From contig RQSC01000784.1 of assembly GCA_013416795.1 (NCBI GenBank), positions 1 to 8,668 on the forward strand: a stretch of DNA of 8,668 nt. The letters are read 5' to 3'. The notes under the pieces are model-generated. The model worked only from the letters and a program-made list of their open reading frames with translations, was not told the origin of the DNA and did not search any database. The DNA is from Prasinococcaceae sp. CCMP 1430. Lineage: Eukaryota > Plantae > Prasinodermophyta. Shown one piece after another: positions 5,399 to 8,668 of this stretch; position 1 is the stretch's first letter; each line of letters begins with the position of its first letter. The position numbers and the translations under genes are program-made.

Positions 5399-6005
5399 GG
5401 GGGGGGGGGGGGGGGTGCTGGAGCGTATGCATTTTCCGTTTTTGATAGAAACCATGCCAAGAAGCGTCGGTGCATTTTGTACTGCATCTCCATCAAATGC
5501 ATTGCGAAGGGATTTCAGCGCACCATGCATTTTCTATATCACGAGCTCACGCTCCAGCACCCCCCGAACATTCGCTCCAGCTCCCCCCGCATACGCTCCA
5601 GCACCCCCCCCTGCTCCATTCATTTGATGTAAACTTGGGAAAAAAGAATATTCATCGATTCATTCAAAATTATATAAAGGGTCTACATATATGTTTTAAT
5701 GTGGATCGCGTTTCACAATCCATTCAAATTGGCCTTCACCCGAAGGGCGAAGGCCATAAACCTCAAAGAATCTAACCCAAAGGGGGTGCTGAGAGCGTTT
5801 TCTTGCAGGGGGGGGGGTGCTGGAACGAATGTGACCCGAGCTGGAGCGACCCCTTTTGTATTGATATAGAAGGTTGCATGCGTTGCGGATGGCGCTGAAA
5901 TCAGATGCATTTCCCGTATCACGAGGTCTCGCTCCATGCTAAAGCTGCCCCCCCTTCTCCGTTCATTTGATATGCACTTGGGAACACGAAATATTCATCG
6001 AATCA
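5399..6005. repeat. Pair of related fold-back repeat units with multiple Gn-TGCTGGAGCG / CGCTCCAGCA-Cn motifs
   Basis: Perfect 23-bp inverted repeat at 5408-5430 and 5589-5611. Diverged direct repeats: ATGCATTT..TATCACGAG..CGCTCCA at 5525 and 5905; TTCATTTGAT..ACTTGGGAA..AATATTCATCGA.TCA at 5619 and 5962. Inverted pair GATTTCAGCGC (5511-5521) and GCGCTGAAATC (5892-5902). Confidence 0.8.
5730..5756. other. Strong hairpin with C-GAA-G triloop
   Basis: TGGCCTTC-A-CCC-GAA-GGG-C-GAAGGCCA: 11 base pairs, one A/C mismatch, GAA loop at 5742-5744. Confidence 0.75.
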
Positions 6006-6316
6006 ACGCTCGCGACCCCGTGCTTTTCGACCTTGGGGACAGGACCCAAATCCCACTTTGGGTTTGTAGGCCATTTTGGCATCCGTAATGCAACCTGTTC
6101 CAATGAGGAAAGACTCTGAAGTTTACGGGAAAAGCGCGGTGAGTTCGCGCAAATTGGATCGCGGAGCGGCGTAGGGTTCGGGAGGCGCTGCTGCTGCATG
6201 CTGCTGCTGCGCAACCGCCAGGGCGGGGCGCCACAGGGGGCGCTCGGGCGCAGCCTTCCCCCCCGCCCCCCCGCCCTTCCCCCACGCGCTCGCACGCCGC
6301 TGCCGCGTCGATCGCG

Positions 6317-7524
6317 ATGGCGGGGCGCGCGGGGTGCTGCCGCGCGCTGGCCCCCGCGGCGGCGAGAGGGCGCGCGTCCGCGCCCATCCCGATGACGACC
6401 GCGGTCGTCGGCACGGGCCTCAGCACCATGGCGGCCATGGAGATGTCGCGGNCGTGCGCTTCGCCGACGCCGCCTACGGCCTCGTGCTGATGAGCGCGCT
6501 GGGCACGTACGCCGGCGGCGCGCCGCCCGCGTCGGCGCTGCGCGCGGGCGCCGAGGCCGCAGAGCGCTGGTGCGTGGCGAGCCACCTCGGCATCGACGAG
6601 GCCGACGTTCGCGAATCGCAGCTCGTCGGCGGCAGCCTCGAGCTGCCCCGCCACTACGTGGCCGTCGACCACGCCGCTCGCTCGATCGTGGTGGCCGTGC
6701 GCGGCACGAGCACGGTGGAGGACGCCGCCACGGACCTCGTCTGTGAGGCCACCGAGCTTCGCGGCGTGGGATGGCCCGCGCCGCTGCCGCAGCGGCTGCC
6801 GTGGCCCGCCGCGGGGCGCCCGCCGCGCGCGCACGAGGGCATGGCGCGGCACGCGGCGGCCCTCGACGGCGCCCTCGCGCCGCTGCTCGCCGAGCTCAGG
6901 AAAGAGACGGGCTACGGCGTGGTGCTGACGGGCCACTCGATGGGCGCCGGGGTGGCGGTGATCCTCGCGCTGCGCATGGCCACGCGCGGCGAGCCGCCCG
7001 CGGCGTGCGTGGCGTTCGCCTGCCCGCCGGTGGTCACCGACGTGCCCTGGGCCACCAAGGCGATGGCGGGCGTGGAGGCGTACATCGTCGCCGACGACAT
7101 CGTGCCGCACCTGTCCATTGCCTCGGTGGAGGGCCTGCTCACGCGCCTGGCGCGCATCGACTCGTGCGAGGCGGGCGCGAGGACGCGCCTGGCCGTGGCC
7201 GCCGGCATCGAGGACGCGCCGCCGGACATGCGAGCGGCCGCGGCCGCGCACGACGTGCCCTCCGGCGACCACGCGGTGCTCGAAGTGCCCGCGGCGAGCA
7301 TGGTGCACCTACCGCGCGCGGAGGGGGCGACCGACGCCGCCCAGCGACCGCCGCAGCCGCAGCGCCAGGCCGGGGGCGGCGATCTCCCGCTCGCGCGGCG
7401 CGTCGACCCCGCGGCGTTCACGGCGCGCATCGACGTGAGCTCGGTGAGCATGACTGACCACTTGCAGAGCAGCTACGTGAGGGCGCTCGCGCAGGCGGCG
7501 GAGCGCGCGGGCGGCGTGGCGTAG
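6317..7524 (+). CDS. Class 3 (fungal-type/DAGL-like) lipase, alpha/beta hydrolase; frame shifts at the single N at 6452
   Basis: From 6454: RFADAAYG, HYVAVDH..SIVVAVRGT...DAATDL, AHEGM, VVLTGHSMGAGVA (nucleophile Ser), CVAFACPPV, IVADDIVPHLS (Asp) and MTDHLQSSY (His); stop TAG 7522-7524. Upstream of the N a different frame (ATG 6317, MAGRAGCC..IPMTTAVVGTGLSTMAAMEMSR) looks like the true N-terminus. Confidence 0.88.
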
Positions 7525-7602
7525 CGTGCGTAATGTACACAGTATGAAACAGGTGCGCGCCGTCCGGGCGCAGCGGCGCGTGGCGCCCTTCACGGGCGGA
7601 CC

Positions 7603-7923
7603 CTACTCGTCCGCGGTCGTTCCGACGGGCCTCATCTCCACCTCGTCCACGACGGCGGCGGCGCCCCCGCCAGGCGCAGTGGTCGCCTCGTCGCCCGCGT
7701 CGCTGCCGTCGCCGGGCGAGGGCGCCGCGCCGCCGGTGCGCATGTACACGAAGTACGAGTCACGGATGTCCATGTTGATGCGGAAGTCGTCGTCGCAGTA
7801 CACGACCTTCGTGCTGCAGTCGGGATCTTTGCCGTCGTTCCAGGGGAGCACCTTCCAGACGTTGCGCACGGGCCACTCGACGTCGAGCAGCTGCGGCAGC
7901 GGAAAGGGCGGCTTGGGGATGCC
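7603..7923 (-). CDS. PAP/fibrillin family plastid lipid-associated protein, last exon
   Basis: GIPKPPFPLPQLLDVEWPVRNVWKVLPWNDGKDPDCSTKVVYCDDDFRINMDIRDSYFVYMR matches the fibrillin C-terminal pattern (tYlDedfRI.rd..g..FVy.R). It joins in phase 0 to the upstream exon; stop TAG 7605-7603. Confidence 0.85.
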   Translation of the reverse strand, partial: GIPKPPFPLPQLLDVEWPVRNVWKVLPWNDGKDPDCSTKVVYCDDDFRINMDIRDSYFVYMRTGGAAPSPGDGSDAGDEATTAPGGGAAAVVDEVEMRPVGTTADE

Positions 7924-8035
7924 CTAACGGGGGAGCAGGCAGGGGAGAGAGGATGTGTGAGTGGGGCGCCCATCGCGAACGCAGCCTACGCGCGCGCGGC
8001 GCAGCCCGCGGAGCCCCGCCCGCGCGCGCGCGCAC
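7924..8035 (-). other. 112-nt GT-AG spliceosomal intron of the fibrillin gene
   Basis: Donor CAG|GTGCGC at 8035, CTCAC branch-like motif, pyrimidine tract and TTAG|GGC acceptor at 7924. Splicing restores a continuous fibrillin frame. Confidence 0.88.
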
Positions 8036-8668
8036 CTGCTGTTCGACGACCTGCGTGCGATCGACCTGCATGGTGAGCTGCAGCGCGCCCGTCTCGTCGT
8101 GCGAAGCGGAGAGCGAGTCCGCGTACGTGATGACCCGCCCCCCGAAGGTGGGAAGGAGCTTGCCGAAGCCGATGATGGGCACCGTGGTGAGCGCGAAGAG
8201 GATGGTGTCGAAGCTCGACACCAGCGACGACGCGCCGATGTCGATGCGCTGCTTGACCTTGCCGACGGTTGAGGCGCCGAACGACTTGACCTGCAGCTCG
8301 TGCAGGCGGAAGAAGAGCTCGCTGCTGAGCACCTCCTTGTTGTCCGAGAGGAAGCTCGAGTGGGTTCCCTCCCCGAAGGCGGCCTCGATGGCCATGAAGA
8401 ACGGGCTGGAGCGGAAGAGCTGCTTCGTGGCGAAGACGAGCTCCCACTCGCCGTCGACGAGCGCCTCGTCGACCGGCGCGCCGGCGCGCGCGTCGACGAG
8501 CGCGTCGATGGCCGCGCGCGCCGCGCTGGCCTCCTCAGCCGAGTACTCGTCGAGCGGCGCGTACGCCGCCTGGTTGAAGAGCAGCTGCCCGCGGTCGGTG
8601 GTGGCCGCGTGGCGCAGCAGCGCCATCTTGGCCTCGGCGACCGACGGCGCCGCCGCCGCGGCCGGCGC
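8036..8668 (-). CDS. PAP/fibrillin family protein, upstream exon (5'-partial, frame open to the window edge)
   Basis: AEAKMALLRHAATTDRGQ...AIDALV...VDGEWELVFATKQLFRSSPFF...VGKVKQRID has the typical fibrillin features (K..LL......DRG; L.G.W.L.F; V.Q.ID). The frame continues past 8626 to the window end, so the ATG at 8626 is probably internal. Confidence 0.85.

Noticed and set aside
6765-6837. Possible in-frame intron in the lipase Pro/Trp-rich insert (GTGGGA...GCGCGCGCACGAG)
   Set aside because: Removing it would delete the conserved AHEG motif of class 3 lipases, and the frame is open and sensible without splicing.

Overview
GC-rich eukaryotic genomic DNA, most likely from a photosynthetic microalga: it carries a plastid fibrillin, short GT-AG introns with GCGC-rich ends and a TGTAA poly(A)-type signal. 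The exact lineage cannot be assigned from the sequence. Five protein genes are supported: the last exon of DNA polymerase delta subunit 3 (POLD3/Cdc27, +), a SAM-domain protein (-), a membrane-anchored kelch beta-propeller protein (-) whose last blade is missing, a class 3 (GHSMG) lipase (+) whose frame shifts at a single N, and a two-exon, 5'-partial PAP/fibrillin (-). A 411-N assembly gap lies at 2188-2598. Two non-coding, lower-GC islands hold most of the unexplained structure. The first (2599-3790) has a poly-A, a 155-bp-period tandem duplication with nearly pure A/T cores and a palindrome-dense segment with imperfect inverted repeats. The second (about 5000-6170, between the divergent kelch and lipase genes) has two related fold-back units built from Gn-TGCTGGAGCG motifs around a GAA-triloop hairpin. 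No transposase, RNA gene or CRISPR array is supported, and no complete novel system can be demonstrated; the two repeat islands are the best leads.
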